Source of the DNA: Candidatus Bathyarchaeia archaeon
GTDB lineage: Archaea; Thermoproteota; Bathyarchaeia; Bathyarchaeales; Bathycorpusculaceae
Length of the DNA: 63,213 nucleotides
Direction: 5' to 3'
Assembly: GCA_037481775.1 (NCBI GenBank)
Contig: JBBFKZ010000004.1
Location: 70,252-133,464, forward strand
Part shown: positions 29,553-37,528 of the stretch, one piece after another
How the letters are laid out: each line of letters begins with the position of its first letter
Numbering within the stretch: position 1 is the first letter of the stretch
Program-made: the position numbers and the translations under genes
The notes under the pieces: generated by a model
The model's database searches: none
Told to the model about the DNA's origin: nothing
What the model saw: the letters and a program-made list of their open reading frames with translations, nothing else

Positions 29553-29939
29553 CTACGGCGCATTATCTTTTTTGCCTTCTTCTGTTAGATATTCTAGTCC
29601 CTCGGTTGCTGAAGCAAAGACAGTGGAAGCTAACGCAAACCGTGCCGCTATAATTGCCTCAGCTATCTCTTCATTAGTCACGCCGGCGCGCTTGGCAATT
29701 TTGATGAAAGTTTCAGTGCATAAGTGGCTTGAAACAGCAGCTGCAACACCGATCATAATTAGATGCTTATACTTGGCTGGTACATGCGGTAGGTCAAAAA
29801 CGAATTTGCGTTCTTGCGCTTGCCTAGGTATCCATTCTGGGAGAATTTTGGACATGAGCACCATTGGGTGTGGTTCTTCTCCGAGATTCTCAGCCATCAT
29901 TTTTAGAATTTGTTCAACTGTGGGTTTTTGTTCAGTCAA
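29553..29939 (-). CDS. Carboxymuconolactone decarboxylase/AhpD-like protein
   Basis: PAKYKHLIMIGVAAA..HLC..AKRAGVTNEEIAEAI. Confidence 0.85.
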   Translation of the reverse strand: MTEQKPTVEQILKMMAENLGEEPHPMVLMSKILPEWIPRQAQERKFVFDLPHVPAKYKHLIMIGVAAAVSSHLCTETFIKIAKRAGVTNEEIAEAIIAARFALASTVFASATEGLEYLTEEGKKDNAP

Positions 29940-29952
29940 AAAGCGTCACCTT

Positions 29953-30237
29953 TTAGCTAGTTACGCTTTGCCGTATCAGTCTTTCAATAACGCTGGCATC
30001 TGGAACCTTGCCCATGATTTTAACCACACCATTTATTGCAATTGCCGGTGAAGCTAGTACGCCGTACTTTGATATGGTTTCTTGGGCGGCTACGTTTAAC
30101 TTTGTTATTTCAACGTTTATGCCTTCATGTTCCAGCTTTTCAGCAGCTTTTTTCGCGTTCTCTTCGGTTGTTTTACATCGCTGGCAAGGTGGGCTAACTC
30201 CTATAACCTCAACTTTTACGTGCATTTCTGAGTTCAC
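29953..30237 (-). CDS. Small thioredoxin-like redox disulfide protein (MTH895 type)
   Basis: PPCQRC, KYGVLASPAIAING. Confidence 0.9.
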   Translation of the reverse strand: MNSEMHVKVEVIGVSPPCQRCKTTEENAKKAAEKLEHEGINVEITKLNVAAQETISKYGVLASPAIAINGVVKIMGKVPDASVIERLIRQSVTS

Positions 30238-30279
30238 TCCAATACTCAGGTTTTATTGTTATAGCTAAATATAAGTTTA

Positions 30280-30301
30280 TAGATACATTTAAATTTTGCT
30301 A
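30280..30301. promoter_or_regulatory. Operator candidate, copy 5
   Basis: TAGATACATTT|AAATTTTGCTA in the divergent thioredoxin/DUF169 intergenic region. Confidence 0.45.
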
Positions 30302-30347
30302 TATACTTATTGGCTGATGAAAATTACACGACCAACGTGAGAAAAAA

Positions 30348-31085
30348 ATGGACAACAGAAACTTGAGCAAAAAGTTAACAGAAATTCTAGGATTAACCAC
30401 TTTACCAGTAGCAATAAAAATCATAAAAACAAACGAGCCCCTGCCAAATATAAAGGAGCTGGCTCAAAAAAGCCGTTACTGCCAGCTAGTGATGCTAGCG
30501 AAGAAAGGACAAACGCTGATGTTAACTGCTGAAAACATCGCTTGCCCCGCAGCAAAGGCAGCATTAGGCTTCGGGCTTTTACCTGAAAAGATCGCCACAG
30601 GCGAAATGTTATGCACTCTGGGATTATTTTTAAGCAAAGAGGCAGCAGCTAAAACAATGCGCATGATACCACGCTTAGAGGCTGGTTCAACAAAAGCTAT
30701 TGTCGCTGGACCGTTAGGAGATTTTCCAATGAAACCGGACATCGTAGTCATCGAAAGCATACCGGAACATGTAATGTGGCTTTGTTTAGCCCGAAACTTC
30801 AAAGAGGGCGGAAGGCTGAGCTTTAACTCGTCGATTTTCCAAGCAGAATGCGTTGACGTAACAGTAGTGCCATACTTAACTGGAGAATTAAACTTGACTC
30901 CCGGCTGCTATGGTTGCCGACAAGCCACCGACACGCCGCCTGAACACATGTTTATAGGCATCCCAACCAAGTTTTTACCTGAAATAGTCAATTCCTTAGA
31001 AGCACTGTCGGAGAAAGCAATGAAAGCAGTCAGAGAAAAAAGTGTCTATGCATGCTACATCAAGGAAACAAAAGAAAAAAGATAG
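30348..31085 (+). CDS. DUF169 family protein
   Basis: PVAIK, RYCQ, CPAAKAALG, QAEC, GCYGCR. Confidence 0.88.
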   Translation: MDNRNLSKKLTEILGLTTLPVAIKIIKTNEPLPNIKELAQKSRYCQLVMLAKKGQTLMLTAENIACPAAKAALGFGLLPEKIATGEMLCTLGLFLSKEAAAKTMRMIPRLEAGSTKAIVAGPLGDFPMKPDIVVIESIPEHVMWLCLARNFKEGGRLSFNSSIFQAECVDVTVVPYLTGELNLTPGCYGCRQATDTPPEHMFIGIPTKFLPEIVNSLEALSEKAMKAVREKSVYACYIKETKEKR

Positions 31086-31166
31086 AACCATTTGCGGAGC
31101 AGACGCAATTCTGGTAAAAATATATATATACGCCCAAAGCGGATATGGCTCACGAGATGCGTTATT

Positions 31167-31796
31167 GTGTCAATCGGATGGAAGGATTGGAACCGAAGCG
31201 ACATCATTTATGGGCTGATAGCGCCTATACTTGTTGTTCTTATAATCGTTGGCCTCTACTTCGTCGGCCCACTTGTCATGCAAAGTGGTGGAGGCATGGA
31301 TGGCGCTATGGGCATTGTTATCGGCATCATAAGCGAGATTGAAGAAATGGTCATTATAGTCGGCGTTCCACTCATGCTTGGGCTTGTCTGGAACCGCTGG
31401 GCCGGCGGCGCCTCAGGCTTCTTGATGGGCAGCATCTACGCCATGTGGTTTGCCGTTAAATTTGGCGCATTCTCCTTTACTGCATCACGTCGCGGATCCA
31501 TGGGCTTCGGCCCGACTATGTTAGGCTGGGTTCTCAGCGCCATGCTCATAGGCTACATGGCTGGCGCATTAAATAAGCGCTCAGAAGACTTTCGGCGAAT
31601 GCTCATCTCAGGAGTAGTAGCAACAACAATAGGTGGAATCTTCCTCTTCTCGCTAATGCAGCTCTCGCCGTCAAATGTAATAACGGGAGTGGACGGCTTC
31701 CTGATTACTGTAGCCACACGCACAGCCACCGGAGTTTTAATTCCTATCATGGCAAAAGTCTGCATGTGGTACGGATTTACCATGAACAAGAAATAA
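31167..31796 (+). CDS. Unknown multi-TM membrane protein (paralog B)
   Basis: GVPLMLGLVWNRWAGGASGFLMGS..SAMLIGYMAGALNKRS; TATA-like run at 31117-31130 favours GTG 31167. Confidence 0.75.
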   Translation: MSIGWKDWNRSDIIYGLIAPILVVLIIVGLYFVGPLVMQSGGGMDGAMGIVIGIISEIEEMVIIVGVPLMLGLVWNRWAGGASGFLMGSIYAMWFAVKFGAFSFTASRRGSMGFGPTMLGWVLSAMLIGYMAGALNKRSEDFRRMLISGVVATTIGGIFLFSLMQLSPSNVITGVDGFLITVATRTATGVLIPIMAKVCMWYGFTMNKK

Positions 31797-31978
31797 AAAG
31801 GCTGTTAAGCTTAGCTAAACTGCAGCGATTATACCAGCTTGTTAGTGCCATCAGGTTATTTGCCACTAACTGTCATATTCTCATTAGGTTGACGCTTTAA
31901 ATTAATGTTAAGTAGACGCTCCTGAAGTTTGTGCAGCAACACTTATAAGTATCTTAGATACATATATCTTTGATACAT

Positions 31979-32377
31979 ATGTGCAGAAACGGCAACTGCT
32001 CTTGCCATTATCCCGGAAGAGGGCTAATTCAACTGCTGATTCTTAGAATTCTGCATGAAAAACCAGCGCATGGATACCAAATAATGGAAGAATTAAGCAA
32101 AATAACATTAGAAGAGTATGACCCGGAACCTGGTGCCATATACACCATGCTCAGGCGAATGGAAGAACGCGGCATGGTAACCTCAAAATGGGAAAAGAAA
32201 GAAGCTGGCGCTGACAGGCGAGTTTACACACTTACGGAAACAGGAGTAAAAACTCTAAGGGAAGGACTGAAAATGATGAAGAAAAGAATACAGGTAATTG
32301 AAAACTTGCTCCAATTTTACGAAGCAAATTTCACCGAAGAAAAAAGAGGTGACAGAAGCGTTGGCAAAAGTATTTGA
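31979..32377 (+). CDS. PadR family regulator with N-terminal Cys/His cluster
   Basis: PAHGYQIM, PGAIYTMLRRME, RRVYTLTETG; N-terminus MCRNGNCSCH. Confidence 0.92.
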   Translation: MCRNGNCSCHYPGRGLIQLLILRILHEKPAHGYQIMEELSKITLEEYDPEPGAIYTMLRRMEERGMVTSKWEKKEAGADRRVYTLTETGVKTLREGLKMMKKRIQVIENLLQFYEANFTEEKRGDRSVGKSI

Positions 32378-32699
32378 TTTGAATAAGCTTACAGAATTTT
32401 CTCAGAAACAAGGTTTGCTAAGCACTATGGAAGACAGGCGGCAAGTAAAAAAGGATTTACTGAAGACAAGCAATTTCAACGTAGTACTGATCTGTCTTGA
32501 AAGCGGCCAAGAGATTCCTTCACGTTCTGAACCATACGCAGTATGCTTTTATGTTATTGGCGGCAAAGGAAAATTTACAGTGGGGAAAGAACAGTTTGAA
32601 CTAAATCAAGGCGGCTTAGTTTTTGTTCCAGCAAACGAAGCAAGAGGCATACAGAGCTTAGAAAGACTAACACTGCTGGGCATCCAAGATCCACATTAG
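32361..32699 (+). CDS. Cupin-domain protein
   Basis: LESGQEIP..FYVIGGKG..VFVPANEARGI; GAGGTGA RBS; usual metal-binding His residues absent. Confidence 0.8.
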   Translation: MAKVFDLNKLTEFSQKQGLLSTMEDRRQVKKDLLKTSNFNVVLICLESGQEIPSRSEPYAVCFYVIGGKGKFTVGKEQFELNQGGLVFVPANEARGIQSLERLTLLGIQDPH

Positions 32700-32709
32700 A
32701 GGAAACATT

Positions 32710-33642
32710 ATGAAGGCTGCTGTCAGTGTCCAGAACTTGGCGAAGCATTATGGAGACATAGTTGCAGTAGATCACATCTCCTTTGAAGTTAAACGGAGAG
32801 AAATATTTGGTTTCTTGGGCCCAAATGGAGCCGGAAAAACTACGACTATACGAATATTGACTGGCATAATTAAGCCAGACGAAGGCCAAGTAACCATAAT
32901 GGATCACGATATAACAAAAGAAGCGCTTCAAGCAAAACAGATAATGGGCATTGTCCCAGAAATGGCCAATGCATACATAGATCTCTCGGCATGGAACAAC
33001 CTTATGCTCATAGGCGAACTATACGGCGTTCCCAAAAAGCAGCGAATAGAAAGAGCGAAAAGGCTTCTTGAAAAATTCGGGTTATACGATAGAAGAGACC
33101 AACTTGTTCGCGGATTCTCCAAGGGAATGAAGCAGAGGCTTATTTTATGCATGGCACTTATAAATGAGCCGCAAATACTCTTTCTCGACGAACCAACATC
33201 AGGTCTTGATGTCGAAAGCGCAAAACAGATAAGAGAAGAAATAATTGACCTCAACCATGCAGGCATCACAGTTTTTATGACGACACACAACATGGAAGAA
33301 GCCAATAAGCTATGTGACAGAATAGCTGTTATAAATCACGGCAAAATCGCGGCAATAGACACACCTGAAAATCTCAGAATGAAAAGCAGCGAGTTACAAT
33401 CAATAGAAGTAAGCTTCCACCAGCCCGTGAACATTGATGATCTGGCTGAAATGCCATACATTGAACAAGTAAAGAAAATGGGCGACAAGATTAAACTTTA
33501 CACCAATGAGCCAAATGAGGCCTTAAACTGCGTCGTGGATTATGCACGTATACATAAGTTGAAAATAGTCACTTTGAACATAGTTGCGCCCTCTTTGGAA
33601 GAGGTGTTTCTAAAGCTAATACAGCCTAAAAAGGAGGAATAA
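32710..33642 (+). CDS. ABC exporter ATP-binding subunit (DrrA-like)
   Basis: GPNGAGKTT, FSKGM, LFLDEPT. Confidence 0.95.
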   Translation: MKAAVSVQNLAKHYGDIVAVDHISFEVKRREIFGFLGPNGAGKTTTIRILTGIIKPDEGQVTIMDHDITKEALQAKQIMGIVPEMANAYIDLSAWNNLMLIGELYGVPKKQRIERAKRLLEKFGLYDRRDQLVRGFSKGMKQRLILCMALINEPQILFLDEPTSGLDVESAKQIREEIIDLNHAGITVFMTTHNMEEANKLCDRIAVINHGKIAAIDTPENLRMKSSELQSIEVSFHQPVNIDDLAEMPYIEQVKKMGDKIKLYTNEPNEALNCVVDYARIHKLKIVTLNIVAPSLEEVFLKLIQPKKEE

Positions 33643-33648
33643 AAGCAC

Positions 33649-34410
33649 TTGCCTTCGCCAACATTACTTTTAGAGCAACTTAAACGTTCTTTAGCTATTG
33701 CAAAAAAAGATGTCAGGATTTACTACTCCAAAGGACCAGTCATAGTTTTCGGATTAATATTTCCGCTTTTCCTTTTTCTAGCCTTCACAATTGGACGGGA
33801 TGTATCTGCAAAAGAGCTTTTTCCGGGACTCATAAGCATGACTGTCTTCTTTACAGCGACATCAGTTGGGCCAGCAATATTACCATGGGAAGCCAGATCG
33901 AAAACTTTGGAGAGGCTTGTATGCTCACCCATCTCAATCTGGGCCATATTGCTAGGAGACATATTTGCATCTTTCTTTTTTGGTCTGCTCATATCGCTTG
34001 TTCCATTGATGATTGGGCTAATAATGGGCATCAGCGTAGTGAACCTCTTAGTGCTAATTTTGGGTTTAATTCTTGCAACACTCTGTTTCGGTTCTCTAAG
34101 TGTTCTGTTATCAGTTTATCCACCAACAGATAATCCGTCGACAGTCATGATGCTTTCTTCGTTGATAAAGTTTCCATTGGTTTTCATTAGCGGCATCTTC
34201 ATCCCAATAGAGCAACTGCCAGAATGGGGCAAATTTGTCTCTTCTGCTTCGCCATTAACATATTTCACGGATTTAGCAAGATACTCCATTAATGGTGTAA
34301 ACGCTTACCCAGTCCTTGTTGACTTAACAGTGCTCTCCATGTTTATGCTAATCTTTCTTGTAGGTGCCATAAAACTCCATGAAAAATTCATGCCCAAACG
34401 ATTTACATAA
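33649..34410 (+). CDS. ABC-2 type permease
   Basis: 6 TM; FISGIFIPIEQLP..SPLTY. Confidence 0.92.
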   Translation: MPSPTLLLEQLKRSLAIAKKDVRIYYSKGPVIVFGLIFPLFLFLAFTIGRDVSAKELFPGLISMTVFFTATSVGPAILPWEARSKTLERLVCSPISIWAILLGDIFASFFFGLLISLVPLMIGLIMGISVVNLLVLILGLILATLCFGSLSVLLSVYPPTDNPSTVMMLSSLIKFPLVFISGIFIPIEQLPEWGKFVSSASPLTYFTDLARYSINGVNAYPVLVDLTVLSMFMLIFLVGAIKLHEKFMPKRFT

Positions 34411-34561
34411 CCGCCTGCCACAAAAACTAAAGCTTGCAGCACTTTCTGCTCAACAGTTAACGCACAGCATCCAGCATAATCTAAAAAGACAAGGGGTAAA
34501 CTCTGTGTATCTCATATTATGCGCGTTGTTGACGTTGCAACGATGTAGCATGGAAGGAAAA

Positions 34562-35167
34562 CTATAGCCACTGTAGGAAGAGATTAAAGCGCTTTTCGTT
34601 ACTTATAGTTGAAGTAGGACCGTGACCAGGATAAACAACATGCTGCTCGGGAAGAGTTAGCAACTTTTTCAGTGACACGCGCATTTCGTAATCAGAACCG
34701 CCTGGAAAGTCCGTTCTGCCAATGGATCCCGCAAATAAGGTGTCGCCAGTAAAGACCACGCCTTCTCCGAGAAGAGAGATGCTTCCAGGCGTATGCCCAG
34801 GCGTATGCATAACCCTTAAAGTTGCCTTGCCAAACGCCAGCAGCGCGTCATCCTCCAGCAAGACGTTAGCAGGCTGCGGCGCGGCGTCTAAGCCGTGGAG
34901 ACAATGTGCGTCATACAGGTGAATGCAGATGGGCACGCGATATTCCCTCTTTAAAAGGCTGTCGCCGCTGATGTGATCTGGATGCCCGTGCGTGTTAACT
35001 ATAAACTTTACCTTCAACCGCCTTTCTTCCACATAACGGTAAATTTGCGCTGCTTCAGAAGGCGCATCTAATCCAGGATCAATGATTACAGCTTCTCTTG
35101 TTTCTTCACAGTTGACGACATAACAGTTAGTTGAAAGCACTCCAACATTGAAAGCACGAATATGCAT
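34562..35167 (-). CDS. MBL-fold hydrolase (glyoxalase II-like)
   Basis: THGHPDH, HTPGHTPG, GDTLF, PGHG. Confidence 0.93.
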   Translation of the reverse strand: MHIRAFNVGVLSTNCYVVNCEETREAVIIDPGLDAPSEAAQIYRYVEERRLKVKFIVNTHGHPDHISGDSLLKREYRVPICIHLYDAHCLHGLDAAPQPANVLLEDDALLAFGKATLRVMHTPGHTPGSISLLGEGVVFTGDTLFAGSIGRTDFPGGSDYEMRVSLKKLLTLPEQHVVYPGHGPTSTISNEKRFNLFLQWL

Positions 35168-35345
35168 AATACTCACTCCCCGAATGCACGTAAACACAAA
35201 TAAAGCATTCGCCTCCCTAATCCTGGAACAAAACGCACGTGAGCACGCACAGCGCAGAAGCGGCGTCGCAGGCAATAGGGAAGCCAATAGCCTTTTTTAC
35301 TTCAGGATAATTTCTAACACAAACGAAAACAGGAAAACACGGGCT

Positions 35346-36434
35346 ATGAGCGATATTACAGACATCGTTGCGGCCAACAGAATTTTTCAGCAAGCAGAGT
35401 TCGAGAAAATAACGCAGTTGGTTACTGCCGAGTTTAAAATTCAAGAAGCCCTAATGGAGAATGGAATACCAACCTATTACTTAGCGTGGCCGCAGGAAAC
35501 TAAGCAGGCGTTTCTCCGGTTGTTGAAGGCGCTTGAAGGCATGGAGCTTATTGCTTTTCTCCGAAAAGTGGATGAACGCGTGGTGCTGAAGGTGGTTCCG
35601 AAGCCGCCTGTTAAACCCAGCAACCCGCGAACGAACCTGATAATGCTGTTAGCCACAATCTGCACCACATTCATCACAGGATACTTCATGCTCCCAGCTT
35701 CGGCGGGAATACCGCCGATTCTAAGTGGAATAATCTTTTCCGCATCTATTCTAACAGTGCTCGGCGTCCACGAAATGGGTCATAAGCTGACAGCGAACAA
35801 AAAACGGATGGACGCCACTGCACCCTACTTCATTCCTGGACTACCGCCGCTGGGCACATGGGGCGCTGTTATAATGCAAAAGTCGCTACCGCCAAACAGA
35901 GACGCATTATTCGACGTTGGAGCCAACGGGCCTATAGCCGGCTTCATAATAGCCCTGATCTTCAGCGCAGCGGGCATGACGCTGCTGATTCCAGCGCAGG
36001 TCCCGCCAACTGAAGGCAGCTTAGTGCCATTAAGCTGGATTCTCCTAATTAACGGGTTTACAAGTCTAAATTTGATCCCACCACTTGCGCCGCCAAATAA
36101 CGGCTGGTACATGCACCCCATAGGCTACGCTGGATGGGCGGGAATGATCGTTACAATGCTAAATTTGCTGCCAGCAGCAATGCTTGACGGCGGTCACGTG
36201 GCAAGAGCGGCAACAGTAAGCGACCGGCAACGGTTCATTTTGACCTTTGCGTCAGTGGCGATTTTGCTTTTCTCTGGCATAGAGTTCATGCTTATGGCAT
36301 TTCTGATAATCTTCATGTCAATGTTCAAGCATCCAGGCCCCATGGATGACGTCTCGAGCCTATCGAAGAGTAAAAAGCTGCTTATTGCCGCTTTAATAGC
36401 AATCTTTGCGCTGTCATTCCCAATAAGAGTTTAG
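35346..36434 (+). CDS. Site-2 protease (M50)
   Basis: HEMGH and NLLPAAMLDGG. Confidence 0.93.
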   Translation: MSDITDIVAANRIFQQAEFEKITQLVTAEFKIQEALMENGIPTYYLAWPQETKQAFLRLLKALEGMELIAFLRKVDERVVLKVVPKPPVKPSNPRTNLIMLLATICTTFITGYFMLPASAGIPPILSGIIFSASILTVLGVHEMGHKLTANKKRMDATAPYFIPGLPPLGTWGAVIMQKSLPPNRDALFDVGANGPIAGFIIALIFSAAGMTLLIPAQVPPTEGSLVPLSWILLINGFTSLNLIPPLAPPNNGWYMHPIGYAGWAGMIVTMLNLLPAAMLDGGHVARAATVSDRQRFILTFASVAILLFSGIEFMLMAFLIIFMSMFKHPGPMDDVSSLSKSKKLLIAALIAIFALSFPIRV

Positions 36435-36624
36435 TGGTCAACGGGCATTTTCTGTTAAGTGGAAAATAAAAGCGATTTTCTGTTTTTCCCTGTTTCGCCG
36501 GTACTCCGCGGAGACCCGCATAAACTTCGTGAGCGACATGCTTAAGTCACAAGGCTAAATGGCACGTAAGCATGTTCCAAAAATTTGAATGAAACGTCAA
36601 TCGCAGTTATCAGCCGCATTCAGC

Positions 36625-36867
36625 TTAAATGTCTGATTGAAAACCTGTAAGCCGCGTAGTGCTTCCGCAGTTATTGCAGACTATGACGAGTTCTACAAGT
36701 TCATCGTTAACTACTTTTGTATCCACGATTTTGTAGACTTCCTCTGATTCATCTTCAGGCGAGATTACGGCACCACATTTGGGGCAGGGAAATGAACCCT
36801 CACCATCAATCTTAGTGAGATCTATGGTGTAGGCAACGTCTTTTTTAGCAAGGGTCTTTTTCATCAT
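36625..36867 (-). CDS. Small zinc-ribbon protein
   Basis: CPKC..CNNC. Confidence 0.75.
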   Translation of the reverse strand: MMKKTLAKKDVAYTIDLTKIDGEGSFPCPKCGAVISPEDESEEVYKIVDTKVVNDELVELVIVCNNCGSTTRLTGFQSDI

Positions 36868-37182
36868 GTTTTTTCACATCTTGTTCCAGCTAAGCTTTCA
36901 TGGATGGCAGTTTATAATTAACGATTATGAATTGATAATCAGTATACTATATACATTTAAGAGTTAGCTTAAAACGCGGGAAAAATCGCATGCAATCAGC
37001 GTGACGGTTGTGCACTGTGCGGATGTGCCGTTATGCTTGTTGCAGCCTATACTCCCTCATTTATAGATACAGCATGTTTGAAGGGAAAAATATTTGCACA
37101 TACCCGAAACGCGTGTCTTGTTTTGAGCGAGCAGTAATCGCTACAGCTACAAGCGGTATGTCTTACTGAGTTAGCAATGCTG

Positions 37183-37338
37183 CTACCGATTGGGTTTCAA
37201 CGTATTTCTTGCTTTCTCTTCGAGGTCTTTATCCTCGGTAACAAGTGTGAAGTTTGTTTCTTTTTCGTAATGAATATGCTTACATCGTAGTAGGGAAATA
37301 TTGTATTCGACTAAGCACGCATACAAAATTTTAAACAA
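37183..37338 (-). pseudogene. Frameshifted PIN/VapC toxin fragment
   Basis: With two compensating frameshifts reads EYNIS-YYDVS-YIHYEKETNFTLVTEDKDLEEKAR, resembling the VapC C-terminal YDA..LVTxD motif; no N-terminal half. Confidence 0.5.
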
Positions 37339-37394
37339 TGTCCCAAACTTTAGAAAAGCAATACGTCAGCCGCTCTCCACGAAGGCAGCGGTAG

Positions 37395-37472
37395 TGGTGG
37401 ACCGGGCGGGATTTGAACCCGCGGCTTCCGCCTTGCGAAGGCGGCGATCATACCAGACTGATCTACCGGCCC
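37395..37472 (-). tRNA. tRNA-Ala(CGC), intronless, CCA encoded
   Basis: GGGCCGG acceptor with G3:U70, anticodon arm CCGCC-TTCGCAA-GGCGG, T loop GTTCAAAT. Confidence 0.97.
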
Positions 37473-37528
37473 ACTTGTCTTTGGAAGTAGAAGCGTTGCT
37501 GTGGAAATAAAGCATTTTGGTTTAAAGA

